Assembly: GCA_965644295.1 (NCBI GenBank)
Contig: CBFFRP010000210.1
Coordinates: 1-64,000 of the forward strand
Direction: 5' to 3'
From: Paraphysomonas bandaiensis
Taxonomy: Eukaryota > Protista > Chrysophyceae
Length of the DNA: 64,000 nucleotides
Numbering within the stretch: position 1 is the stretch's first letter; the number at the start of each line of letters is the position of its first letter. Positions 23,901 to 35,781 of the stretch are shown piece after piece. Both the position numbers and the translations under genes were made by a program. Below the pieces are notes generated by a model. It saw nothing but the letters and a program-made list of their open reading frames with translations. It did not search any database and had not been told where the DNA came from.

Positions 23901-26900
23901 TCGGCAGTGTGAAGATCCTTCAGGAGAGTCTTTGGAAAATGCAGTTGGATATCGGCCAGATACAACTTCCCCAAGACCATTAAGTGCTAAAGGTCGAACT
24001 CGCACGGTACCTTCTTCTCACGAGGGCGGTGTACATGACATTGCGGATTTTCCGAACTATCCTGGATCTCATTCCGGAGTAGTTGAAGATATAGATTATG
24101 GAGATATTCTTGTAAACCAGCAAATGGGTCTTCTTCGAGATAAACGTGAGATTCTCCGCCAGTTCGGCAACATTTCTCAGTCGGAGGAAGGAATGGGTCT
24201 CAGTGGCGACGACAATCTTGTGTGGGGCAATTCCACATATCGCGTGGAAAATGTAAATGGCCAAGAGCGGCTAGTGAAAACTTCGCTATCTCCGTTAGAT
24301 CATGAGCATCGTTCTGAAGGAAGACCAAGTGTCCCTACACTGAGGAATGTCGGTATGCTTGCAGGGGTATTAGACTTTCCAGTTCATGAAACACAGGATG
24401 GGGGAAATAGGGACTATAGTGATGACTACAGCGACTCGGATGCTACTAGTGATGCCCTTTTGAACTCTTCTGATGACCATCGTGTAGTGTCGATATTCGC
24501 TAATGAAATTCACCGCCAGAGACAGATCGAGGCGGAACAGGAGAGGCAGGAGGAAGTCCGTCAAATGCAGATCGCTGAGGCGGTTGAAAGGGCACAGACG
24601 TATATCGAACACGCTCCTGTGTCGCCACCGACTGAACCTGTGAGTAAGGTAGACCCCAGCATGTATATTTCGCCCGCCAACACATCCGCTGGAGATATCG
24701 ACCTTGAAGACAGATCGATCTCACCACGTACCTACTGGGACATGATGATGGCTAGGAGTACCCTACCACAAGTTCAGCGACAGCGCATATCCAGTCCTCC
24801 GAAAATCGGGATTGAATCAAGATTATCTCTGACTGAAAAAACAGAAGGGACTGAGAGTTTAGTGGAAGATGTGAATAGGACAAGAGATACGGCATCCGAA
24901 CCACTGCCTGAAGCAGTTGGAATGTCCGGATCACCGGTACAGGCTCGATCACCATCCCCCGCTGGACCCAAACACCATGAGAGTAAGGCAGTTAGCAGCA
25001 CATCTGGTGATCCTGTGCCCCAGAAGTACAGTGGGGCGGAGCTACGGTTAATGGTGGTTGAGGAACTTCACAGGCAGGAAGGATTATTCAACATGGCAAT
25101 GGAGTTGGCGGAGGCCGAGCAGACCCACACAGTTCATACTGCATCACAGGCGATGCAGGAAATCACTGCTCAGGCTCGGGCTGAGGCAGAACGTTTGGCA
25201 CGTGGAAATGAATTGGCACAAATGCATCACGCCTATGAAATGTCTATCGCAACAACTACTGCGGAGGCCGCTCTGGCCACTCAAATGGAGCTTACGCGGA
25301 GGGACGCAGCACTCGTAGAGCTCCAAGGACAGATCCAGCAACAGGGTGCTGAGCAGGAGCAGCTAACTTACCTTGCTCAGACTATGCAGAACATTAATGT
25401 CGCCTCAGAGTTGCTGGATATGCGTCAACTGGCCCAGGGAATTGAAAGCAGGGCATCAGGTACTGCATCGTTGGAAAAGGTTAATACACATTCTGCCGCT
25501 ACAATGACAGATTTTCAATTGATAGAACCAGAGAAAGTTGGTTCAGAAGTTGCTCCAGTAGACCTTAATTACGGTAACGTTGCTCAGGGCAAGGATGAGT
25601 GTGCTGTTCGCTCCGATGATGGTGAGTCAGAATATTCTGCATCGTTTGACCAGGAGTCAAGGATACTCGACCAAAGTGCCAGCAGGCCCCCATCGGTTCG
25701 GTTTCCTGATAACTTGTCATCATGGGGCCATGCCTCTGCAGTGGATGAGGTGGATGATGGGGACATGGATGAGGAGTCTTACGAGATGACTTTTGCGGAA
25801 GAGAGTCATGCCCGGATGGTCACAGCGCCGCGCCCTAGTACGGCCGAAGACTCCGTCGCAGAAGTTGAGGATAGCATAGTTCGTTCAGTCAGTCAGGAGG
25901 TTGAAGATGATGTAGTCGGTGCAGATAGCAGCATTTATGATCACGATAGACAAAAGATGGAGCAATCTGGAGCCAACTACACTGACTACTCATATTCCAT
26001 GGATGAATATTCCGAGGATCAAGTATCTCAATCTGTCCCTCGAATCAGTTCTGGCGCCTCTGCTAAGGCGGCTCCTCCCCTCATTAGCGATACCTGCGCT
26101 CCACCGGAAAGTCAGGCTGATATAATCGCTGAGTATTTGACTGACATTGATAATCGCATAAAGAGTCAAGAAAAGTCTATATCCATGCGCCTTCAGATCG
26201 AAAAGAGACGCATGGAGCATGAACTCGCTCAACTTAAGCAGCGACGTAGTCCCAGGAAAGGGGATGGACGCGCAATGCCTCTGGACCAGTACGAGGAAGC
26301 TGTACGCCAGGTGATGATGGAGTACAATGCAAGCCGCGCAGAGCTAGAGAGAGAGAGGTGGACTGCGAATGCCCGCGCTTACAAAGAGCGACGTAAGTAT
26401 GAACAGTTACGCAAAGATCTGCTACTATACGGGTCAGCAGAGGAAAAGTCTAGACAGTCCTCTCAGAAAAGTTCCGAGCAAAACAAGCTAACCAGTGCCG
26501 CCCTAGCCGCTTTGGAGGCCAGTGAATCGTATGACACCAGTGTGGACGCGTCCGTTCCAGAGATGAGTACCGTGCAGATGAAGCATAAATATCTGAATTC
26601 ACCGATTAAGAGGGTTGAAGACTCAGTGATCAGCAGTGCGCGGTCTGTGCCAGAGTATGACGAGAGTTTTGCCTCTATAGTGACCGACAACCAAGGGACT
26701 TCTTCTCAGCAGCAATCTTATGCAGCAGAGTCGTTTGACTATGAGGACGATGTGGAGGAACCATCCGGAGAATACTCCTCTGAGGTTTTCGAGGCCTTGT
26801 CGACTGTCGAAGCGTCCTTTAGGAAGCCGCCCAAGCCATCGAAACCAACAAATCGTCTTGATACGTCAACTGTGTCAACTGTTGACCTTGATATAGAGAC

Positions 26901-29900
26901 CGGACTGGATAGTAATGTCCCTAGCGAGGAGGAGCTTGTTCGCAGAAGCAAGGCACTTGAGAAGAAACGAAAAGTTGCAGCTGACATCATCCGCAAACGA
27001 AATGAAGAAGTGGAACGCCGAAAGAAACTTATACGGATTGAGGAGGAAGAAAAGGAGGTGGATAGAATGATAAAGGAAATGATGCGGTTCGACATTGACA
27101 GCGAACTGAAAGAACATCGAAGAAAGGCCCAACTCGAAGCAAAAAAAGTTGCCGAAACTGCTGCTCGTGAACTCAAGATATCGTCTCTTTCCAAAAAGAA
27201 GGCGTCGCATGCGCCAATTCCCACACCTGCAGAAAAGTATTCAAATTCTTCATCTACAGCTAACGTTTCTGTTGCAATGAATCAATCACACGCTGCTTCT
27301 GTCTCTTCCGTGGACTCAGATTATGGTAGTGGGGACTTCGAAAAAGTAGACAGTGTGAAAGACGAGGAAACAGTTGACGATGTCTATGAAGAGGACTACA
27401 GCAGTGACGGAATAACTGAAGTGATCGACGATGAAGTGGTTGACGAGGCAACGCGTGCAGATTCTGTAGATAGTGTTGACGAGGAGGATCACGCTGATAC
27501 TGTGGACGATTCTTACGCTAGCATCGACGAGGACTTCATAGAGGAGGCTGCAGGTGTAGTGACAGATTCTTCCGGCCCGGTTGTAGTCTCTTCCTCAATA
27601 GGCGTCACTTATGATGACGATTTCGAAGACGAGGAAAGCACAACAGTGCCACCAAAATCCTCAAGAAATGTTTCATATGAATATTTATCTGACTTCGAAG
27701 ACACAATTGTGGAAGATGCTGTGGCAAAAATGGTTCATGAGAGTCAAAATCTTGCCCCAGTCTGGGAAGGAGGACATGAAAGCAATGACAGCATTTCTAA
27801 CGATACCCTCTATGACCTCGAGAGTAGTCTAGAGCTACGAAAGCAACGTGTCCAGGCTCTTAAAGAAAAAATTGACAAACTACAGACCGAAAAGAAGCTG
27901 GAGCGTTTGCGCGCAAAGCAAGCAGAGCGAGAACGCTTACGCGATGAAGAAATGGTCCTCATGCGTCGTCTTAAAGAGGAAGAGGAGATTTACAAAAAAG
28001 AAAAGGATCGTATCATGAAAGGAATATCAGCACCCTCTGATGAAAAGGATGAAGATGATATGGTGGTGGACGAACTTATGGGCGTGCTCACAGAACCCTT
28101 GGAGGCGGAAGCTGATGTCATGCGCGAGGAGGATGATCTGGCAGGTGATAGCTGGGGGTCAGACCAGGCTGGAGGATTTGATGTCACTGCTGTTGATGTG
28201 GGTGGGGAGGTTACAGCCAGAGTAGTGAAAGCAGAGGCTGCCACTATTGTCCAGGCGAGAGTTAGAGGATTTTTGGCCCGGCGTCGCGCGTATGACTTAA
28301 AACAGCAATTGCAGGAAACTGCAGTCGATGATTATTCCGTGGACGGGGATCTTGTTGATGAGTATAAAACAACCCGTGTCATTGAAGACATTGCAATCGA
28401 TGACTCATTTTGCAGTGTAAGTGATGTCGAGTCACCCAATGACTCTGACATTGAAGGCGGCGATATCGATGCACAGGCGGTTCAGTTAGCTGAGATGGAG
28501 ACCGCTGTGAATCATCTGAAGAATGAGATATCTAATAGAGACCGATTAGAAAAAGAAGTGGAAGTGGACTCACTTCATGCCTCTATTTGTGAAAGTCGTG
28601 AAAGTCCATTAAAAATTGAAACGAACAATATGGTTTTTGACGAGGTATCAAAGAGTTGGGTTAGTGCAGCGGGTAAAGACTACGAAGTGGATGTGAGTGG
28701 GTTCGACGATAGCGATCGACAATCTGAATCAGACAGTGAGATCAATGCGACTAACTCAGCGGCAGATAAAAGCAAGTCTTCGTCGCCAACTTCTCGTTCC
28801 CCTTCCGGCCAACATGGTGAGGGTGTTATTGTTGAACGTGAGGTCGAGAGTGAGGACATGATATCAGACAAGCACACATGTGGAATATTAGAGGAATCTG
28901 TCGTGTCATTGGAACACAATGGGGAATCTGATCCGTCCAATGCTAATGTAGACAGTGTCCAGAGCATTCAGTTACAAGATTCCGGGCGTGATACTATTGC
29001 GTGGAATGATGTTTTGCATGAACAGTATCCACAAGAGGTCTCAAATACTGCTGATGCGGGGGGTGATGGGGAATCTATGAGTGAGATGAACGAAGATGAG
29101 AGTGGCGTGGATGACCAGACAATTGATACTCTGAAAACTGTCGGTACTCTGGAGACTATCGAAACACTGGAGTCGAAAGAAAAACAATCCCATTCTGTCC
29201 ATGAGGTGCAACATGAGACGCCTCCAGTAGGAAGTGAGATGTCGGACCCGAGTCGGCTGGGACAGAGCACTGACGCTCCTCACAATTCCGTTACTCCTGA
29301 CAACATCGGTATTCTCGACATAGCCGAAGGACAAAATGTTACTGCATCTGACTATGAGAACCCGGATCCTATGAATACCACCAAGGACTCCACAGTTGGA
29401 TATGATGATGATTACGAAGAAGAATTCGAAAATGAATCATCCGAAAAGTCCAATTTCAAAGCTAGTATTCATAGTGCAGAGGAGGAACATGAAGAAAGTA
29501 TCAGCGTTGTGGAGGAGTTAGAAGAGAGCATTGTGACGGAGGATGGCGATGTCCTTCAGGATGGTAGTGATATGTTCGAGGATAGTGTGGAGAGGGTAGG
29601 TGATAGAGATGTGGACCGAACGATGGATAGTATAGGTGTTGACCGCGTAGAGGACGTCAGATCACCCGTGAAGGATACAAAGAGTCCTGTTACGCATTCT
29701 GAGCAGACTCAAATACAAGAGTCTGTTGAGCCAGGTGCCTGTGTTCCGGGCTCAGATGATGTACAAGATGGCAGGCCTGGTGACATTAGTCTCGTCACTG
29801 CAGGTGATGAGGAGTACAATGATGAGTTCGAAGTTGACACTTCTGTCAAGTCAGCTTTAGAAACTGTAGATTTACCTGTAGACGATAAGATTGCAGAAAC

Positions 29901-31648
29901 CGAGTTAAAATCAAGTGAACCATATAATGTAAATGCTGAGGCGGAACATGACGAAAGTATCAGTGTTGTGGAGGAGTTAGAAGAGAGCATTGTGACGGAG
30001 GATGGCGATGTCCTTCAGGATGGTAGTGATATGTTCGAGGATAGTGTGGAGAGGGTAGGTGATAGAGATGTGGACCGAACGATGGATAGTATAGGTGTTG
30101 ACCGCGTAGAGGACGTCAGATCGCCCGTGAAGGATACAAAGAGTCCTGTTACGCATTCTGAGCAGACTCAACTACAAGAGTCTGTTGAGCCAGGTGCCTG
30201 TGTTCCGGGCTCAGATGATGTACAAGATGGCAGGCCGGGTGACAATAGCAATGCTGCAATGGAGTTTTTGAAGGGAAAGACGCAGAGAGAGAAACTGTCC
30301 TTGGCTAGTGATATTACTGATGCTCTAATGCGTCGTTTGTTTACAAGTGTGGGATCATCTCCAGATATTTTGGAGATGCTACAGAAGCAAGCTCCTATAG
30401 AAAATGAGTTCTCGAATACCGAACAGAGCACTGACACGAAATGTTGTGAAAGTGTTCCTTCAAATGAAAATAGCAAAGAGGATGACAAAATCTTGCATGA
30501 CTACAGCCCTGCCGAATCTCTAGAAGATGTTGCCACAGATGATGAAGTTTCTGTGGATGTGGAATATGAAGAGGATTTTGAGGATATACCGGAGGACTCT
30601 GGTCCGTCGTCTCCGCCGAAATCCCCCACAGAGGTGCAGAATGAGGTGACCGCGCTTTCTCTAAAGGACTTGCCCTCTCTTTCCAAAGTTGGTGCAAGTA
30701 GTAGACCTCCAGTTATGAGAGATTCATCTCTGGATGACCTGCTAGGGGCCGATGACGATGCGACTGATACTCCTTCGGTTACTCCGAGGTTTGGAAAGCC
30801 ATTGTGTGCGCGCGAAACTGATGCCTTTGACCCTTCTCTTGATGATAAACAAACAGAAACGTCTGTAATGGACATCTGGAATCGCAGAAAAATGGTGAGT
30901 GAGTGTGAAGCTCGTTCGTTTTGTCATATTTAACCCCAGGAGTATATTGACGAGCTGTTCGAGTACATTAGTGATTCAGATTTCGATCAGTTGGTGCAAG
31001 ATCTGTCAAACCCTGACTTTGACTGCAGTGTAAGTAAACATAATATGTCCACCCACCGTTTAGCTAATCATCATGGGCGCAGGACTCTGTCGTTTTATCG
31101 GAGGAAATATATTTCAATATTGAGTTACGCCGAGTGCAAAATGCTCCTCCTGATCAGGAGAAAGACACTGATGGTATCACTCCTGAGGCCACACAGATGC
31201 ATAACAAAATCGTGTTCGACAGGTAGGTGCCAGTGCTGGCATATTTTTTATTGACTGAACTTGCCGTCGATGTATTCGTGTATGTAGAGTGAATGAGGTG
31301 CTGACTGAGATACATGCCCTTCGTTTCGGTTCTAGAGGACATGGCCCGCCAGCCACTTACAATAAGCGAATGATTGCCCAAAATATGCCCTTGAAAAGAG
31401 ATATTATATATGAGTTAGTTAAAGACCGACTCAGACCTCACTCTTTGAAATCGAATACTATAACACTGGAAGACGGAACAACAGTAGTACAGTCGTCGAG
31501 TATGTTGGACAATGTCAAAATTACCGCACTTGACAGTCTGAGAGATGAAATTCAAGCCAATCTGTTAGATACGGCAGAGTATATTACAGATGTCATTCTT
31601 GCGCGCATGTTAGTCCGGGTTGCAAATATTGTTATTGCCTATTTATAG
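20979..31648 (+). CDS. Very large acidic/coiled-coil protein with IQ motif and DUF4378-like C-terminus (CEP350/TRM-like centrosomal protein)
   Basis: Exon 1 20979-21413; 9.4-kb exon 2 21466-30894; small 3' exons giving QMHNKIVFDR|VNEVLTEI and EIQANLLDTAEYITDVIL; IQ motif ATIVQARVRGFLARR. Confidence 0.7.
29485..30244 (+). repeat. Intragenic in-frame ~300-bp duplication (29485-29785 and 29944-30244)
   Basis: The 100-aa block EH(E/D)ESISVVEEL...DGRPGD repeats at offset 459 with few substitutions. Confidence 0.95.
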
Positions 31649-32040
31649 TCGTCAATATAATTTGCGGTGTTTGCTGGAACAAACGTTCAGCGTGTATATC
31701 TGAGTAGTGTATGTGTTTCTTAATAGTAATTTAGTTCAGTCGATCATTATTACTCGTTTATATATTTGTTTGTCGAAAAGTCGACCAGCGATGGACCATA
31801 ACATTGCTTAAAAGTGCTAGCAAGATGTTAGTTAGAGGTAATCAAAGTATTCATACTGTTGCGTGTACACGAGTACACGAACTGTTCAAAACTGATGAGG
31901 CCTATATTCCTATATGGCTTTCGCAAGTCTTTGTTATCTACACGGTTGCCGAGCCAACACCGTCCTCGACATCGTTCTCAATACTATGGTCAATTGACAA
32001 ATGTGAACCTGAAAAGTCCTTTCTCGATCAAGAAAATCGA

Positions 32041-32510
32041 CTTTAAACACCAGTTTTAAACGCTTTCTCACAATTTCCCAGCATGTCCTTCGTTTCAGCT
32101 TATGCGTCTCCTTTCTGATAACACAATTAAAGAGCCTCAGACACTGGCCGAAGCGAACAAATTGGATAGAAGATAGGAGGTGCATAAACAGGAGCGAAGG
32201 ACTCTACGATGATATCATGCAGATGGCGCAGGTGAAATTAGTAGGACAGTATGTAAGGCAATATCTACGTCAAAACAGCAGTACGAGGACTGTACAACTT
32301 TCCTGGTCTCCAAGAGTCCAAGAGATACCCCAGAAATGAATTCTCTAAACATACCAATCGCACAGTGAAGGAGTTGGCTCTAGCCATCTTGCTTGACAGT
32401 GGCCAGCCATCGGTGTTCTGGTTCAAAGCAGTCTTACATGCGGTTTATGAAATTAACATGTTACCTACTGTATGGCTACCGTGCCTAAGGAGCTGCGTCG
32501 CAAGGAAGGA
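32041..32510. mobile_element. Patchwork of Copia RT/integrase fragments related to the 51244-56422 element (copy at 40697-41166)
   Basis: RRTCWEIVR/KLVFKV on the minus strand; TIKEPQTLAEA, YHADGAGELVGQ, LAILLDSGQPSVFWFKAVLHAVY and VPKELRRKE on the plus strand. Confidence 0.85.
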
Positions 32511-33942
32511 TAATCGATTTTTAGATTGTCGCATGAAAAGTTGTGTTTATTAGTGCGTGTATATTCTCATTTCTGATGTCACACATATCACATATATATT
32601 GAAGTTTGAACTAACTATATATCATCTTTAGATGTTCTAAATACGTGTTTGGTACTGAGTATGGTATGTTTGTCCTATACGCATCTTCATGAGTACTGCG
32701 TCTACTTGCTTAATGTGGTGAACACGACATTAATAATGGCAATACAGTGAGTACTATATTATAGCCGCTAGTGTATTGAATTCCACTGCAGTTGTATTTT
32801 AGTAGTATTATCTGAGTGGTACAGTTTAAGATTACACTCAGACCAGTAGAGACAGTTTTTGAGCCTAAGACGTTCAGTACAATTACCGCCCAGCTGTCTC
32901 AGATTAGTACAATACAGACATCTGAAATAGTGCCTCCTCTCCATATTTCTGTAGCAAGAGGCTCTTGAGGTTCACTTGCAAGCAGAGATGAAGTTAAGTA
33001 TAGCATGATGGATTATGGTCACCTGTAGTGATAAACAGTGCATTGAATCTATTCTATAGAGCTACTTTGATGATCTTCTCTCTTCCACTCACAGTCTTAA
33101 CCAGTGCATGCACATCATACTCAACTCATATACATATACACGTAGATCACGTAGCTATGATAGAGGGGGATGCAGTTTCTAATGCATCTTGAATGAAAGG
33201 TATAGTCAGAGTTATTACAGGTACTGCATGTACAGCCATTGGCTTCACTCCTTCTGCAGTATCTAGAGTGCATTGAGTTGGAATGTTGGAATGTAACTTC
33301 TGGCTGGGCCGGATACATACATACGCACATGTCTGTCTCTGTTATGATCATATTGTGGAAAAAACTGTATTTTCCACACATATATGTACCTAAAATCCCT
33401 AATTTTGTCATTATTGAGACGCCTCCTACTGTAGGAAAAAACACAGATTTGTTAGAAAATCAAGAAATCAGCTCTCAATCAAAAACAGGGGTTTCTAATA
33501 GCACACTTTGGTGGGTTTCTAGTATTTCAAACAAAAATTCTCAATTTTTAACATAAATTCTGCTGTATTTAACCTCATCTCGAGAAATACTGCAGCAGAA
33601 ATGGTACAGTATATACATATAGCAATATAGCCGTATACCGTATACAGCTGTACATAGACTGCAGTATGTTGTATGTGGTATATGCACGTATCGGCGTCGT
33701 TCGTATATTTTTGTTGAAAGATGCCTCTAATATTGAGACAACAATTATCTGTATTTCAGCCGTAGTAATACTGAAGTTATATAGAATATTTTCGCTTCCT
33801 TTTATTCCCGAAATATAAGATGCATACACATATCTCTCTATAGCTCTATGTGTATATATATATGTGTATGTATGTATATCTACCTTAACAGCAACTACAT
33901 CAGATACAATACATCATTTCCTCTCATTTCCTCTCATTCATC

Positions 33943-34813
33943 ATGAATATATTCAATCATTCATTAGATTGTTTAATATTTGATCTTGATGGGACACTGT
34001 ATGATGCATCTAACGGTTACGTGGATCATATTCGTTCCAATATATTTCAGTTTATGTATGATCAGGTACACACACACATACACACACACACACATACATA
34101 CACACACACACATACATACACATACACATACATACATACACACATACATCTATGGATATATACATATATAACATTACTATATAGGAACTTGTTAGCAGAA
34201 CTGAATCTGCAGAAGATATCTGGCGACCTCTCTTTAAAGAACATAATCAAACATATAAAGGGCTTCGTAGTGGGGGGTTTGTGTTTGATAGGGACGAATA
34301 CTGGAGATTTCATAGAAGAGGAGTCGCTGATTACCTCTCATCTAATAGTGAACTGGCACAGATGTTATCTGATATGCCTCTAAAGAAGTATATATTTACA
34401 AATTGTCGAGAACGTGAGGCCATGGAGGCATTGGAGGCTCTTGGAGTAGCGGATCAGTTTGAGAAGGTCTATGGTGCCGACTTTCTTGGAGATTGTTGTA
34501 AGGTAACTTAGTTGTTGAACGATATTGCTGATTGAGTAATCAATGTTTTTTGTTTTAGCCCCAATTAGAGGCTTTCGACCTTGTACTCGCAGATATAGGG
34601 GTACAGCCAGAAAACACTATGTTTTTCGAGGACTCTTTAAAGAATCTGAAAGCGGGAGCATCCCTTGGAATGGCAACAGTTTTGGTTAAAGGAATGACCG
34701 CTGATGAAGAGGGATATTCCGATGGAGAAAATTTTAATTGTGTTGTATCAACGCTAAGTGATGGTGGTAGAGAGTTACGAGATAAAGTCCCAATATTATT
34801 CGCGCGCAATTAA
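33943..34813 (+). CDS. HAD-superfamily hydrolase, SDT1/pyrimidine 5'-nucleotidase-like, copy A (3 exons)
   Basis: IFDLDGTLY, FTN, CK|P and FFEDSLKNL...GMATVLV motifs; introns at 34066-34184 and ~34503-34558. Confidence 0.88.
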
Positions 34814-35781
34814 GTTTTGAACTAGAAATTATACTATGACTAGTAACTATGAACCTTTTATTCTTTCGCTTTACTTGCGATATAATCACTGTCTGTGACA
34901 AGTTAAGCCTTTTCTCTAGATTGTTACTTTATGATATGTAATAAGCATTCATTACAGCACCCTAGAGTAAAGGTCAACAACTACAATCTACAATGACTCG
35001 AAATGTAGTATTGGTGCTTTTCGTACTGAAGTATCTGTATTGACTGTTGACCAACTTTCAGTGTTGTCAAGTAAAACTCATCAACAACAAGTTATTCACT
35101 GATCAACTTCCGTATTTTGTACAGTCGTGGTACAATACTTCAGTTTCACAGTTATAGCTATATATTATGCTTGACTACGTATTACAGTTTCTCCCATTGT
35201 ATTCACCGTATTCTATAGAACTATCTTAGAGAGTCATAGATATTCCAACGCTAACGTGCGTATTCCAGCAATCTGCATTAGATATTGCCAGCAAAATGTC
35301 TGCAAATATTTTCTCCGCGTTGTAAATGTATGCTAATATACAATGCAATAGTTTATTTAATAGTTATGATTACCTTCAAGTGTCTTTTATAATACATCAG
35401 ATTACTTGATCTTGGAATGCTTGTTTATATGCTCTTCTCCGAGCCTCTAATATTTCGGAGCAAGTAGTAGCTTGTACACTCAGAGTGTTTCAGCTTTGAT
35501 GCATCAAGCTAACTGCAAATCCTTGCAAGATGCGATTTGTTTTCCAAACCAATCGTTTTCAGTAGTTATGTAGATTGGTGTGTAAGATGTTGTCGTACTT
35601 GTGCCTTCTAATTCATAGTTAAATAATTGAGAGAAGCTGATAGCTGATAGACCCCTAGAGAGAAGTATGAAGATAGTGTTGAGAGAAAAAATGGTCTACA
35701 AGCCTACTTGGGCATTGGAGAGAGCGATGGAGTACTGCTATATACTATATACCCCTCTTTAGCTTTGTTTTGACCTGATGT

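Noticed and set aside
21500-30930. Dozens of short overlapping or antisense ORFs
   Set aside because: Shadows of the long coding exon; no independent motifs.
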